Below the pieces are notes generated by a model. That model did no database searches, was not told where the DNA came from, and was given only the letters and a program-made list of their open reading frames with translations. The translations under genes and the position numbers were made by a program. Of a stretch of DNA of 43,073 nucleotides, positions 10,069 to 18,997 are shown piece by piece. Each line of letters opens with the position of its first letter. Position 1 is the stretch's first letter. The DNA is taken from contig JACOZQ010000009.1 of the NCBI GenBank assembly GCA_016181275.1, positions 1-43,073 of the forward strand, written 5' to 3'. This DNA is from Candidatus Woesearchaeota archaeon. Lineage in GTDB: Archaea; Nanobdellota; Nanobdellia; SCGC-AAA011-G17; ARS1403.

Positions 10069-11104
10069 ATTTCCTCAGCAGTTTTGTAAATCTGTCAAAA
10101 TCATCTTTATGAATCTCCATAGCGGCAGCATGTTCATGTCCTCCTCCAGTGCATTTTATCTCATTGCATATTTTATCTATTATTCTAGGAAGCTCAACAT
10201 CTCCAATGCTGCTCCTTAAACTAATCCTAATCTGCTCATCTTTAATTCTGCACACAGCAATTATTTTTCCAGGAAATCTATGAAGAAGCTCATTAGCTAA
10301 ATTAGGTGTGAAGCTCACATCATTGGCAAGATATGTAAATACAACTAATCTCTTTGATCCTTTATTTTCATTTACAGCTTTCTTAAATAAATCAGAATAT
10401 TTTTTTTGGAATTTTTCAGCGCTTTCAAATAATCTTTTCCCATGATCTGTTTTCTTCTCCAGTATTTCAAAAGGATCTCTTATTTTGGATAAAGTATCTA
10501 TATTTTTTTTCACATCCAAAGTTTTTCCTTTTAGGACAAATGAAATAATCCTTACAAGCTCGCCAAGTTTTGTTTTATAAAGAACATCATCTGGCTTGAT
10601 ATTTTTGAGAAGAGAAATATTATCGACAAACCCGGGATATTTCTTTTTAAATTCTGAAAATAGGGCAAGACTCCAATCAGCTGTAACTCCAGCAGCAGCC
10701 AGCCACATATCCTGTCTAGCAATCCTATAACAAATATAGCTCGTAGGCCTGTTGTCTTTTTTATTTCTAATTCTAGGGTTATAATAATGAACGCCTTTTA
10801 CTTTTGCAACTTCATGATGGTCTATCCATATTTTAGTAACATCGATTTTATCAAAAACATCCTGATTCAGTGTTGGCTTATCGAGGAAGACAACAACATC
10901 TGGGTTGAATTCATTTATTTTTTTCAAATACAATTCTTCCTCATTAAGATGAGATCCTCTAACTCTTATTATCACGCCATTGCCCTTTCCAAATTTTCTC
11001 TTCAGCAACAAGTAGCTCACAACTCCATCAGGATCATCATCGTAAAAATACAATGGATTAATGCTTTTCTCAAGCAACTCTCTTATTTTCATTAGTGTTG
11101 TCAT
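10058..11104 (-). CDS. DHH/DHHA1 family phosphoesterase
   Basis: DDDPDG, IDHH, GGGHEHAA. Start moved to ATG 11104 (track start 11146). Confidence 0.88.
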   Translation of the reverse strand: MTTLMKIRELLEKSINPLYFYDDDPDGVVSYLLLKRKFGKGNGVIIRVRGSHLNEEELYLKKINEFNPDVVVFLDKPTLNQDVFDKIDVTKIWIDHHEVAKVKGVHYYNPRIRNKKDNRPTSYICYRIARQDMWLAAAGVTADWSLALFSEFKKKYPGFVDNISLLKNIKPDDVLYKTKLGELVRIISFVLKGKTLDVKKNIDTLSKIRDPFEILEKKTDHGKRLFESAEKFQKKYSDLFKKAVNENKGSKRLVVFTYLANDVSFTPNLANELLHRFPGKIIAVCRIKDEQIRISLRSSIGDVELPRIIDKICNEIKCTGGGHEHAAAMEIHKDDFDRFTKLLRKYVS

Positions 11105-12245
11105 TTCCATCTCCAGTATTTTCCAATTTAGCCAAGGCTTTATCAACCTGCTCCTGCTTCCATCCCTGCTTTAAAGACTGCATGATTAAATCTTCTTTTT
11201 TATATTTATTCAAGTTAGTTTTAAAATAGGAGATCAATGGGTTTAGCTCAATTTCCTCAAGGCTTTTAGTTTTATCCTCGTATAATTCTTTTCCAGTTTG
11301 ATCTGAGCTGATTTCTTTTTTATCTTTTTTAAAAACACCGATGATTTTATTAAAAATATTTTTTTCATCAGTTATTGTTTCATTACTTTCTATTTTCAAA
11401 TTTCTCCTTTTTCTTTTCCCTATAAATATTATTCCTGTGACAATAGCAATAACCAAAACAGCAAATAGCACAAGCCATGATATCAAGCCGAAATTAAAAT
11501 CATCCTTCTTTACAACACAGATACTATTAATGCATTCGGAATTAATAGAACAGGAAACATCAGCAGCGCAATTGCTGCAATTTTCATTGCCTTCTTTTAT
11601 TCCATTGCCGCAAACAGGCTCTATCTTCTCAGGCTCAGTAGTAGCATTAGGAGGATTTACAATCTTCTCGGCCAGAACAGAGATTATCCAATTTTTTGTA
11701 AAATTATCAGCAACAGCTTTTAGATTGTATAGTTTAACTTCGTTCTTTGAAAAGCTATAAACGCTTCCAGTTTGGTTTAGCAAGACATCATCTAAAAACC
11801 ATTGCACATTATCAGCCCCACTAACAGCAAAATTCCTTGCTTCATTCTGTATCAGCTGAAGAGAATCGGTATTCGGAGAAAATGTAATTGCAGGAAATTC
11901 AGCAGCTACAATTATTTTAATATCATTACTCTCAGCAACAGTAAGATCATCATCAGCCAAAAAGATAATTGATTTAGCTTTTTTAGATCTTGGGATCATA
12001 TCGACTTTTCCATTTGAATTAATAGAAACATCAACGCCTTCTAATCCAAATTCCCCAGGTTTAAATTTATAAGTGAGCTGGTTGCTGCTGTTAAAATAAA
12101 CAGACAAGTCAACAACGTTTTTATTTATCCCTTCATTTAAAGTAATCTCGGGAATTGTTCCGTTGAAAACAACGGTATCAGATTGTGCAGGAAGATTTAA
12201 GCTAAATAAAATAAACAAAAACAGAAATATCAAACCTCTTTTCAT
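11070..12245 (-). CDS. Single-pass membrane protein with Ig-like and Cys-rich ectodomain and cytoplasmic C-terminal domain
   Basis: Signal peptide, CGNGIKEGNENCSNCAADVSC motif, TM helix, basic stop-transfer segment. Confidence 0.75.
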   Translation of the reverse strand: MKRGLIFLFLFILFSLNLPAQSDTVVFNGTIPEITLNEGINKNVVDLSVYFNSSNQLTYKFKPGEFGLEGVDVSINSNGKVDMIPRSKKAKSIIFLADDDLTVAESNDIKIIVAAEFPAITFSPNTDSLQLIQNEARNFAVSGADNVQWFLDDVLLNQTGSVYSFSKNEVKLYNLKAVADNFTKNWIISVLAEKIVNPPNATTEPEKIEPVCGNGIKEGNENCSNCAADVSCSINSECINSICVVKKDDFNFGLISWLVLFAVLVIAIVTGIIFIGKRKRRNLKIESNETITDEKNIFNKIIGVFKKDKKEISSDQTGKELYEDKTKSLEEIELNPLISYFKTNLNKYKKEDLIMQSLKQGWKQEQVDKALAKLENTGDGNDNTNENKRVA

Positions 12246-12289
12246 AAAATAATTAAGGAAATTTTCTATATAAAATTACCTATTTTACA

Positions 12290-12856
12290 TTATTTTGCTC
12301 TTCTTTTTTTATTAGCTCTTACACTCGGCCTAGATTTTTCAAATCCATCTCCTTTTCCTCTCAATCCCCTACTTTTTCTTCCAGAGCTGGTTAGTCCCCT
12401 ATAAACCCTTCCCCTCATTCTGGCAATATTCCTCAATTGTTTGTCATTTTTAATTTGGGGATGATCTCTGTCAATTAATATTATTTCAGCAAAATAATGC
12501 CTGCCGTCTTTCAATAAAGGATAGCTTCCAAGCACTTCGCAATTTTTATATTTTCTATTAGCCCTCTGCTCGCAAATCCATTTATAGTTCATTCCGAGAA
12601 CTTTTCTAGAAGTCTGCCTTTTGCTTCTTCTTCCCTTTTTAGTCGGTCTAGGTCTTTGCCTTCCTCCTCTCTCAACTCTAACCCTAATAATAAGTATCCC
12701 TTGTTTAGCCCTGTATCCTAAGCTTCTAGCCCTATCTAATCTAGTAGGCCTATCGATTCTGACAATGGCATTGGAATTTCTCCATTCAATTAATCTTGAA
12801 TGCTTTAATTCTTTGCTTAGGTTTCTCCAGTTTTCTCTTATACTCTTATAGAACAT
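12290..12856 (-). CDS. rpl15e: 50S ribosomal protein L15e
   Basis: RPTRLDRARSLGYRAKQG and RGLTSSGRKSRGL. Confidence 0.97.
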   Translation of the reverse strand: MFYKSIRENWRNLSKELKHSRLIEWRNSNAIVRIDRPTRLDRARSLGYRAKQGILIIRVRVERGGRQRPRPTKKGRRSKRQTSRKVLGMNYKWICEQRANRKYKNCEVLGSYPLLKDGRHYFAEIILIDRDHPQIKNDKQLRNIARMRGRVYRGLTSSGRKSRGLRGKGDGFEKSRPSVRANKKRRAK

Positions 12857-12878
12857 AGTTTTATTCTCAAATTTTCAA

Positions 12879-12894
12879 CTTTTAAAGCTTTCCA
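12879..12894 (-). promoter_or_regulatory. Probable BRE/TATA promoter of rpl15e
   Basis: Minus strand TGGAAAGC-TTTAAAAG; the TATA element lies 23-30 nt upstream of the ATG. Confidence 0.6.
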
Positions 12895-12920
12895 TTTTCT
12901 AAGTCGAATGCGGGTGATAG

Positions 12921-15900
12921 TTATCTTTTAAGCCTAATTTTACCTTTATCGTCTTCTATTAGATTATTTTTTATTAAATAGCTAGTCGCTTCTTCTACCT
13001 TATCCCTTATCTTATTTCCCGTTCTATTGTTATGATAAATTACTCTTGCTATGTCCGAGACTATTGCTTCTTTAGTCATACTAAAAGAGTTCTTCAAAAT
13101 ATCGATTATTGCCCCTGCTAATTCTTCCTTTGGGATTAAAATAAATGGTCTATCGGTTTCTTTTGAAATTCTTACTGCACAAAGGGTTTCAATTGGTTCA
13201 AGAGAAATGGTGTTTTGATATATGTTGATTCCTTTTTCTTTCTTTAGCTCTTTTATTGTTTCATCGAATAAAACTTCTATTCTTCTACCTAATTTTTGAA
13301 TTCCTATAGAAATTAGTACACGCTTATATAATAGCCCTTTCTCAATGGGACTTTCTATTTCTAAAATTTCAATCATTCTTTTTTTAATGAGAGAAATAGC
13401 AGAATAATTATTAAGATTACCATATCCATCAAACTCTAAATTCATTCTGTGTAATGGGAGTTCTGCAATTTTATATTTCTTGTACTTATTTTTTAAGTCA
13501 ATTTCATTAAAATCTTCTTTTTCTTCAATCTCTAAGAAATGTGTTTTTTGTTTATACTCTAAAATTCCTTTAGATCTTAAGATTTCCTTTACTTTATTTT
13601 TTATTCTTTCAAGCTCATACTCTTTATTATTCAGCCAATCATCAGACCAGATCCTAATCATGTTCCAACCTAAATTTTCTAAAACCATCTGTCTAATTTT
13701 ATCTCTATCTCTTGCAAATCTTGAAGAGTGATATTGAGAGCCATCGCATTCAACACCCAATATATACTCTCCTAGTTTTTTTGGATGCTTGATTGCTAAA
13801 TCAATTCGATAACCTGAAAAACCAACTTGACAACTTACATCAAAACCCCCATTTATTAGTTCTTGGTATACTGCTTCTTCAAAAGAAGAATCGAATTGAA
13901 GCCCTTCTGTTTTCTGTAGAAATTTAGTAAAATCTTTATTTTTAGTAAAATCTAAATAATATTTTAGATATCTTACACCTTCAGCATTGATTTTATCTTC
14001 ATCCAAATCCTCAGGAAGCATAGAAGAGACAACAACCGTTTTAAATCTTGAACGAGTTATAGAAACATTAAGTCTTTTGTATCCCCCTTCTTTATTTAAT
14101 GGACCAAAATTATAACTAAATTTCCCAGAAGAATCTTTACCATAACCAATACTTAAAATAATTATATCTCTTTCATCTCCTTGTACTGTTTCAAGATTTT
14201 TTATAAATAATTCTTCATTATGAAGATCAATGGATTCCTCAATTTGTATATCTGCAATTTGAAACTCTTCTCTAATAGCATTTTCTTGTGCCATACTAAA
14301 TGCTATAATCCCTAATGATTTTTTTGGAAATTTCTTTTTTAAGTCAAGATAAATCTTAACTGTCTCTCTTGCTTCAACTCTATTTTTTCTAGATTTTCCT
14401 CTATCATATACCCCGCTTTTAACATATACAAAATCTAGTCCACTATCATCTTTTTCTCTAGGATTTGGGAATGTTATTAAACGATTTTCATAGAAAAATC
14501 TATTTGAAAATGAAATAAGTGTTTCGTTATTGCTCCTATAATGCCAGTCCAAAGATTTTGTTCTGAATTTCGTTATTGATTCACTTAAGAAACTCTCTAA
14601 ATCTTCAATTTCCTCTTCGGTTTCATCTTCTTGACTTAAAAAAAATGAAGTAGGTGGAAGTTGTTGAGTGTCACCCATAATAATAGCTTGTTTTGCTCTA
14701 ATTAAACAAGGAACCGCATCTTCCGGCATAATTTGTGAAGCTTCATCAAAAATTACCACATCAAATTTTATGGATTTGGGATTAATATACTGGCTTACGG
14801 TTAGAGGACTCATCATAAAACAAGGCTTTAATGCAAAAGCCAAATCAGGGATTTGTTCAAGAAGATCTCTAATCGGCTTTAATTTCCTCTTTTTTTCATT
14901 TTCTCTTTTAAGAATTGAAACTTCACTTTGACCACTACCGGAATAATTGTCTTTTGGTTGTCTACTTTCTACAGATTCCATAATTTTATATCTGAAAACT
15001 TCCCTAACCTTCAAATCATCATTCCTAAATTTTGCTATAAGTCTTTTTGGTGAAAATTTATTAGTCTTCTTTAAGATCTCTTCTAAAACTTGTAAATAAT
15101 ATGACTTAAGAAAGACTTTACTAAATTCACTCTTCTTTGTTTCCGCAAGATATTTAGTGATAAAATTATTTATTTCAGCGTCCAATTTAATAAAATCTTC
15201 TTTAAATGCTAGAACATCATTTATATTCTTAAACTGAGAATTTAATTTCTCTAAAACTTGCAGAATACCCTGAAACTTATCTAAACCGGTTAATAATTTT
15301 TTTTCAAAGAAATTTTCGATTTCAGTTAAAACAGAATAAAAATCATCAAACATTTGTCTTTGATTATGGTTAACTAATAATTGCATAATTGCATAATTTT
15401 TTGTCTTTGAAAGCTTATCCGAAATCTCAAATAAAGAAACTAAATCTTTACAATATTTATTTAATTTGGATATGGCTGTTAAATTCTTACAGTCCCCTAC
15501 GACCTCACACTTTTTCTTGTTTTTAGAAATAAGATCGGATAATTTTTTGTCTAGTTTTTCATAATTATTCTTTTTCTCAAAAAGAGAGATATAATCAGAA
15601 TGACTTATTTTTACTTTAGCATAAGCGTCTATTTCTTTCTTGCAAGCCTTATATTCAGAATTCAATAATCTTGAAAATAACGATGTCTCTTTGAATACTT
15701 TTTCTATTTTTTTAGAATTTAGTTCATCAATAAATGAATCTTTTGTTTTTGTAGTAATCTCGCTTCTTATATCCTTCAATTCTGAAAGCAGATTGAATAA
15801 TTCATCTATCAAAGAAGCATACTCTTCAAAATCTTTCGAGACTAAAAAGGAAAACTCCTTATTAAATTTAAATGAATGAATCTTCTCGTTTAATTTCTTT

Positions 15901-17438
15901 AGTAGATTTATATCGCTAACTAATTTTATTTCTATTCCTGTTTCTATTTTTAACTTATTTAAAAGATCATTTAATACTTTGTTACTGTCATTGAATTTCT
16001 TTAGACAAGAATTAAATCGATTTATTGATAGAGCAGTGTTTTTATCTTTTTGATAATTGAAATACACATTTTCCAAAGGATTGCCTAATAAATTGAAAGA
16101 AGAATTAAATCTTGTTAGTTTATCCAACATTATAGAAAATTCTTTTTTATTTAGCGAAACTGTTCTTTTTAGGGGATGGTCAATAATTTCATTTTTGTCT
16201 AATTTTGCTAATTCCCCTCTAATATCATAAACTGATAAATCCCATGGGGAATGTTTCTCACATAAAAATTTATAAAATTCGTTGATTTCTTTTTGAGACC
16301 CTAGGTAAGATGATATGTCTTCCCTTTTCATTGCAGAAGGAATTATAGGAGATGTTTGAAGTTCTTTCATTAGCTGTTTTATGATTTCTCTCTTATTTCC
16401 TTTATAATTATGTAAATTCAGACAGTATCTTCCTAATCCTACTTCATCAAGTCTCTTTTGAACTACATTTAAGGCAGCCATTTTCTGGCTTACAAAAAGA
16501 ATTTTTTTATTCTTTTCAATCAATGCAGAAATAATGTTTGCAATGGTTTGACTTTTACCTGTACCAGGAGGGCCTTGCAACACAAAAGTAACTCCTGCTT
16601 TTGCTAACTCTATTGCTCTTTTTTGTGAAGAATCAGCAGGTAAAACATCAATGCTATTCGCATCGTCAAATTCGTCTCTTTGTGATTCTGAAATCTCATC
16701 TTGTAAGGCATCTCTATCTCCGACATAAGCTTTAATCAAAGGACTATCCTTAACAAGCTTTTCGTTAAAGCTTAAATCTTCATACATAATGAATTTTTGA
16801 TAGGAAAATATGTCCAAATAAATATCTTCAGTAATTTTCCAATCTTTCATGCCTTCTAATTCATTTTTTAAATAAGATATGTATTCAGTAGACGTCTGAC
16901 CATCGAAATTTTTTATATCAATACCAAAATCATGTAATAATTTTTCTTTTAGAGCGGGATTTAATTTTATCTCTCCCGAATTAGAGTCAATTTCAAATCT
17001 GTGAGTGTCTTTGCTGACAACAGATAACCTATTCATTTCAATAGGATATAAAAAAATAGGAGCTTCTAAAAATAATTCAGAGTCATCTGATTCTTTATAC
17101 TTCAGAATCCCCAAGGAAACAAAACAAGTACTTATTCCTAATTCTTGGAAATTTTCCTTTGCTTTTAAGTAAAGTGCATATAATTTTTTATCAGTTATTT
17201 CTTTATCTTCAGAACATAGCCATTGCCTATCTTTGGCACTTTCTTTTTTATCTTTAAGAATAAACACATTTTGTTCGTGATCCAAATCTTCTATTATTTT
17301 TGAAAAAGATGGGGAGGTTATCTTAATAGATTTTGATTTTGTAAATCTGTATCTTACGAGATTATTTCTTTTAGACAAGTCAATAAGTTTTTTCTTCCAA
17401 TAATCTATTTTTTTATCAATGACTTTAGTTAAATCCAT
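12921..17438 (-). CDS. hhe: DUF4011 - SF1 helicase - Vsr-like/PD-(D/E)xK nuclease - DUF3320 protein (Hhe-type antiviral defence architecture)
   Basis: N-terminal WKKKLIDLSKRNNL (DUF4011), Walker A GPPGTGKSQT, IFDEASQ, GDTQQLPP, QGDERD, RLNVSITR, nuclease FDSSFEE...YRIDLA...VECDG..YH...RDRD...LGW...RIWS. Confidence 0.88.
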   Translation of the reverse strand: MDLTKVIDKKIDYWKKKLIDLSKRNNLVRYRFTKSKSIKITSPSFSKIIEDLDHEQNVFILKDKKESAKDRQWLCSEDKEITDKKLYALYLKAKENFQELGISTCFVSLGILKYKESDDSELFLEAPIFLYPIEMNRLSVVSKDTHRFEIDSNSGEIKLNPALKEKLLHDFGIDIKNFDGQTSTEYISYLKNELEGMKDWKITEDIYLDIFSYQKFIMYEDLSFNEKLVKDSPLIKAYVGDRDALQDEISESQRDEFDDANSIDVLPADSSQKRAIELAKAGVTFVLQGPPGTGKSQTIANIISALIEKNKKILFVSQKMAALNVVQKRLDEVGLGRYCLNLHNYKGNKREIIKQLMKELQTSPIIPSAMKREDISSYLGSQKEINEFYKFLCEKHSPWDLSVYDIRGELAKLDKNEIIDHPLKRTVSLNKKEFSIMLDKLTRFNSSFNLLGNPLENVYFNYQKDKNTALSINRFNSCLKKFNDSNKVLNDLLNKLKIETGIEIKLVSDINLLKKLNEKIHSFKFNKEFSFLVSKDFEEYASLIDELFNLLSELKDIRSEITTKTKDSFIDELNSKKIEKVFKETSLFSRLLNSEYKACKKEIDAYAKVKISHSDYISLFEKKNNYEKLDKKLSDLISKNKKKCEVVGDCKNLTAISKLNKYCKDLVSLFEISDKLSKTKNYAIMQLLVNHNQRQMFDDFYSVLTEIENFFEKKLLTGLDKFQGILQVLEKLNSQFKNINDVLAFKEDFIKLDAEINNFITKYLAETKKSEFSKVFLKSYYLQVLEEILKKTNKFSPKRLIAKFRNDDLKVREVFRYKIMESVESRQPKDNYSGSGQSEVSILKRENEKKRKLKPIRDLLEQIPDLAFALKPCFMMSPLTVSQYINPKSIKFDVVIFDEASQIMPEDAVPCLIRAKQAIIMGDTQQLPPTSFFLSQEDETEEEIEDLESFLSESITKFRTKSLDWHYRSNNETLISFSNRFFYENRLITFPNPREKDDSGLDFVYVKSGVYDRGKSRKNRVEARETVKIYLDLKKKFPKKSLGIIAFSMAQENAIREEFQIADIQIEESIDLHNEELFIKNLETVQGDERDIIILSIGYGKDSSGKFSYNFGPLNKEGGYKRLNVSITRSRFKTVVVSSMLPEDLDEDKINAEGVRYLKYYLDFTKNKDFTKFLQKTEGLQFDSSFEEAVYQELINGGFDVSCQVGFSGYRIDLAIKHPKKLGEYILGVECDGSQYHSSRFARDRDKIRQMVLENLGWNMIRIWSDDWLNNKEYELERIKNKVKEILRSKGILEYKQKTHFLEIEEKEDFNEIDLKNKYKKYKIAELPLHRMNLEFDGYGNLNNYSAISLIKKRMIEILEIESPIEKGLLYKRVLISIGIQKLGRRIEVLFDETIKELKKEKGINIYQNTISLEPIETLCAVRISKETDRPFILIPKEELAGAIIDILKNSFSMTKEAIVSDIARVIYHNNRTGNKIRDKVEEATSYLIKNNLIEDDKGKIRLKR

Positions 17439-17446
17439 GTTATTAC

Positions 17447-17593
17447 CTACTTAACCTCTTTCTTTCTAGGCGTATTCCAATAAGGTGATTTACATTTTGG
17501 GCATACCTTTGGCTCTTCAATAGTTGTTTCTCGAGGAACCCATTTATGCCCGCAACGTTCGCAAACATAGCCTTCTAATTTAACTTTTCCCAT
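17447..17593 (-). CDS. 48-aa Zn-ribbon microprotein (not in the ORF track)
   Basis: Manual translation MGKVKLEGYVCERCGHKWVPRETTIEEPKVCPKCKSPYWNTPRKKEVK*; two CxxC motifs; ends 8 nt before the helicase ATG. Confidence 0.8.
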   Translation of the reverse strand: MGKVKLEGYVCERCGHKWVPRETTIEEPKVCPKCKSPYWNTPRKKEVK

Positions 17594-17691
17594 ATTGAAT
17601 AGTTATATTCTCTTTAGTATATAAGTTTTACTATCTTACTAACCGAAAGGTTTAAATACTTAATAGTATATTATTAATAGGTATATAGGTA
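17594..17691. promoter_or_regulatory. Divergent promoter region for the transposase and the Zn-ribbon/helicase operon
   Basis: CGAAAGG-TTTAAATA (BRE/TATA-like, plus strand) and a CTTATATA-like box on the minus strand. Confidence 0.5.
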
Positions 17692-18903
17692 ATGATTATG
17701 GAACAACCGCAACCTTTCAGAAAAAAGAAAAGAGTATCAGATAAAAACCTTTCTCTTAGCCGCAAGATTAAAGGATATGCAATTTTAGCAAAGGGAGATA
17801 TGCCAATAGCAGTAAGTGAAGAAGAGTTCTTAATTCCCTCTCAAAGCTCTAATAAGAAGTATAAAGTAACTAATATTTCTGGATGGAATTGTGAATGTCA
17901 AGATTTCCAAAATAGACATAGTGATTGCAAGCATATTCACGCTATTAAGCTCTGGATTAAGTTAAGAGCAAAGCCAGAAATAGAAGACTTGGAAATAGAT
18001 ACAAATGAAGAAAAGTGTATCTACTGCAATTCTCTTAATATTGTAAAAAATGGAGCAAGAAAAACAGTTATAGAGAATAAGCAAAGATTCAAATGCAAGG
18101 ATTGCGAAAAGAGATTTGTTCTTGATCCTATAAAGAAAATCAAAGGTAATGGTAAAATAGTAACTTTAGCAATGGACTTATACTTCAAAGGATTATCACT
18201 AAGAGATATTTCAGATACATTATTTCAATTCTACAATTTAAGAGTTCATTTTGATACAATAAGAAGATGGATCAGCAAATACACACAAATAATGGATAAT
18301 TATACAAAAAATTTCAAACCAGAATTAAGCGACAAATGGCACGTTGATGAGCAGATGATAAAATCAAAGAAAGATTATATCTGGTGCTGGAATGTTCTAG
18401 ATAGCGAAACAAGATTTTTGATAGCAAATAATATAACAAGAGGCAGAGAGATTACAGACGCAAGAGCAGTATTGAAAATAGCAAAGGAAAACATAAAAGA
18501 AAATCCTAAAGAGATTGTTACAGATGGCTTATGGTCGTACAATAGAGCAATCAGGAAAGAATTTGTTACAAAAAGAACAAGTCCAAATGCTGTTCTTCAT
18601 TCAAGAAATGCAGGAATAGCAAAGAAACTTCTTAACAACAATATGGTTGAACGCTATCATAATGAATTTAGAGAATTCGACAAAGTAAGAAGAGGATTTA
18701 AGTCAGATGAAACAGCACAGCAATGGAATGATGCCTTTAGACTTTATCATAACTTCATTAAGAAACACATGGCTCTGAATGGAGCAACACCTTCTCAAGT
18801 AGCAGAAATAGACCTAGGATTAGGCAGAAACAGATGGTTAAGTCTGCTAAAACAAAGTCTTAATCACCCGAATACGACAAAAAAGGATGTAATTTTAAAA
18901 TGA
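17692..18903 (+). CDS. IS6/IS240-like DDE transposase with N-terminal SWIM zinc finger and Zn ribbon
   Basis: SWIM CECQDFQNRHSDCKHIHA; CIYC...CKDC ribbon; HTH GLSLRDIS...TIRRWI; catalytic WHVDE, IVTDG, NMVERYH. Confidence 0.88.
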   Translation: MIMEQPQPFRKKKRVSDKNLSLSRKIKGYAILAKGDMPIAVSEEEFLIPSQSSNKKYKVTNISGWNCECQDFQNRHSDCKHIHAIKLWIKLRAKPEIEDLEIDTNEEKCIYCNSLNIVKNGARKTVIENKQRFKCKDCEKRFVLDPIKKIKGNGKIVTLAMDLYFKGLSLRDISDTLFQFYNLRVHFDTIRRWISKYTQIMDNYTKNFKPELSDKWHVDEQMIKSKKDYIWCWNVLDSETRFLIANNITRGREITDARAVLKIAKENIKENPKEIVTDGLWSYNRAIRKEFVTKRTSPNAVLHSRNAGIAKKLLNNNMVERYHNEFREFDKVRRGFKSDETAQQWNDAFRLYHNFIKKHMALNGATPSQVAEIDLGLGRNRWLSLLKQSLNHPNTTKKDVILK

Positions 18904-18997
18904 CCCTTTAATACGACAGAGAGCCATTTTCTATTTTAAAATTTATAAATTGCATAAGTACGCAAAAATATTTATACTAATAAAAGATAAAAATATC

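Larger units (their letters stand above)
12902..18925 (+). mobile_element. Putative cargo-carrying IS6-like transposon (SWIM-DDE transposase, Zn-ribbon gene, Hhe-type helicase-nuclease)
   Basis: Flanking direct repeat ATTTTCTA at 12894-12901 and 18926-18933 (extends to CCATTTTCTA). Left motif GTCGAATGCGGGTGAT (12903-12918) is a 14/16 inverted match to ATCACCCGAATACGAC (18863-18878). A second degenerate copy at 18900-18917 is followed by the terminus ...GAGAGCC. Confidence 0.72.

Noticed and set aside
12902..18925. Classical composite transposon or provirus
   Set aside because: There is only one transposase copy and no integrase, capsid or replication genes.
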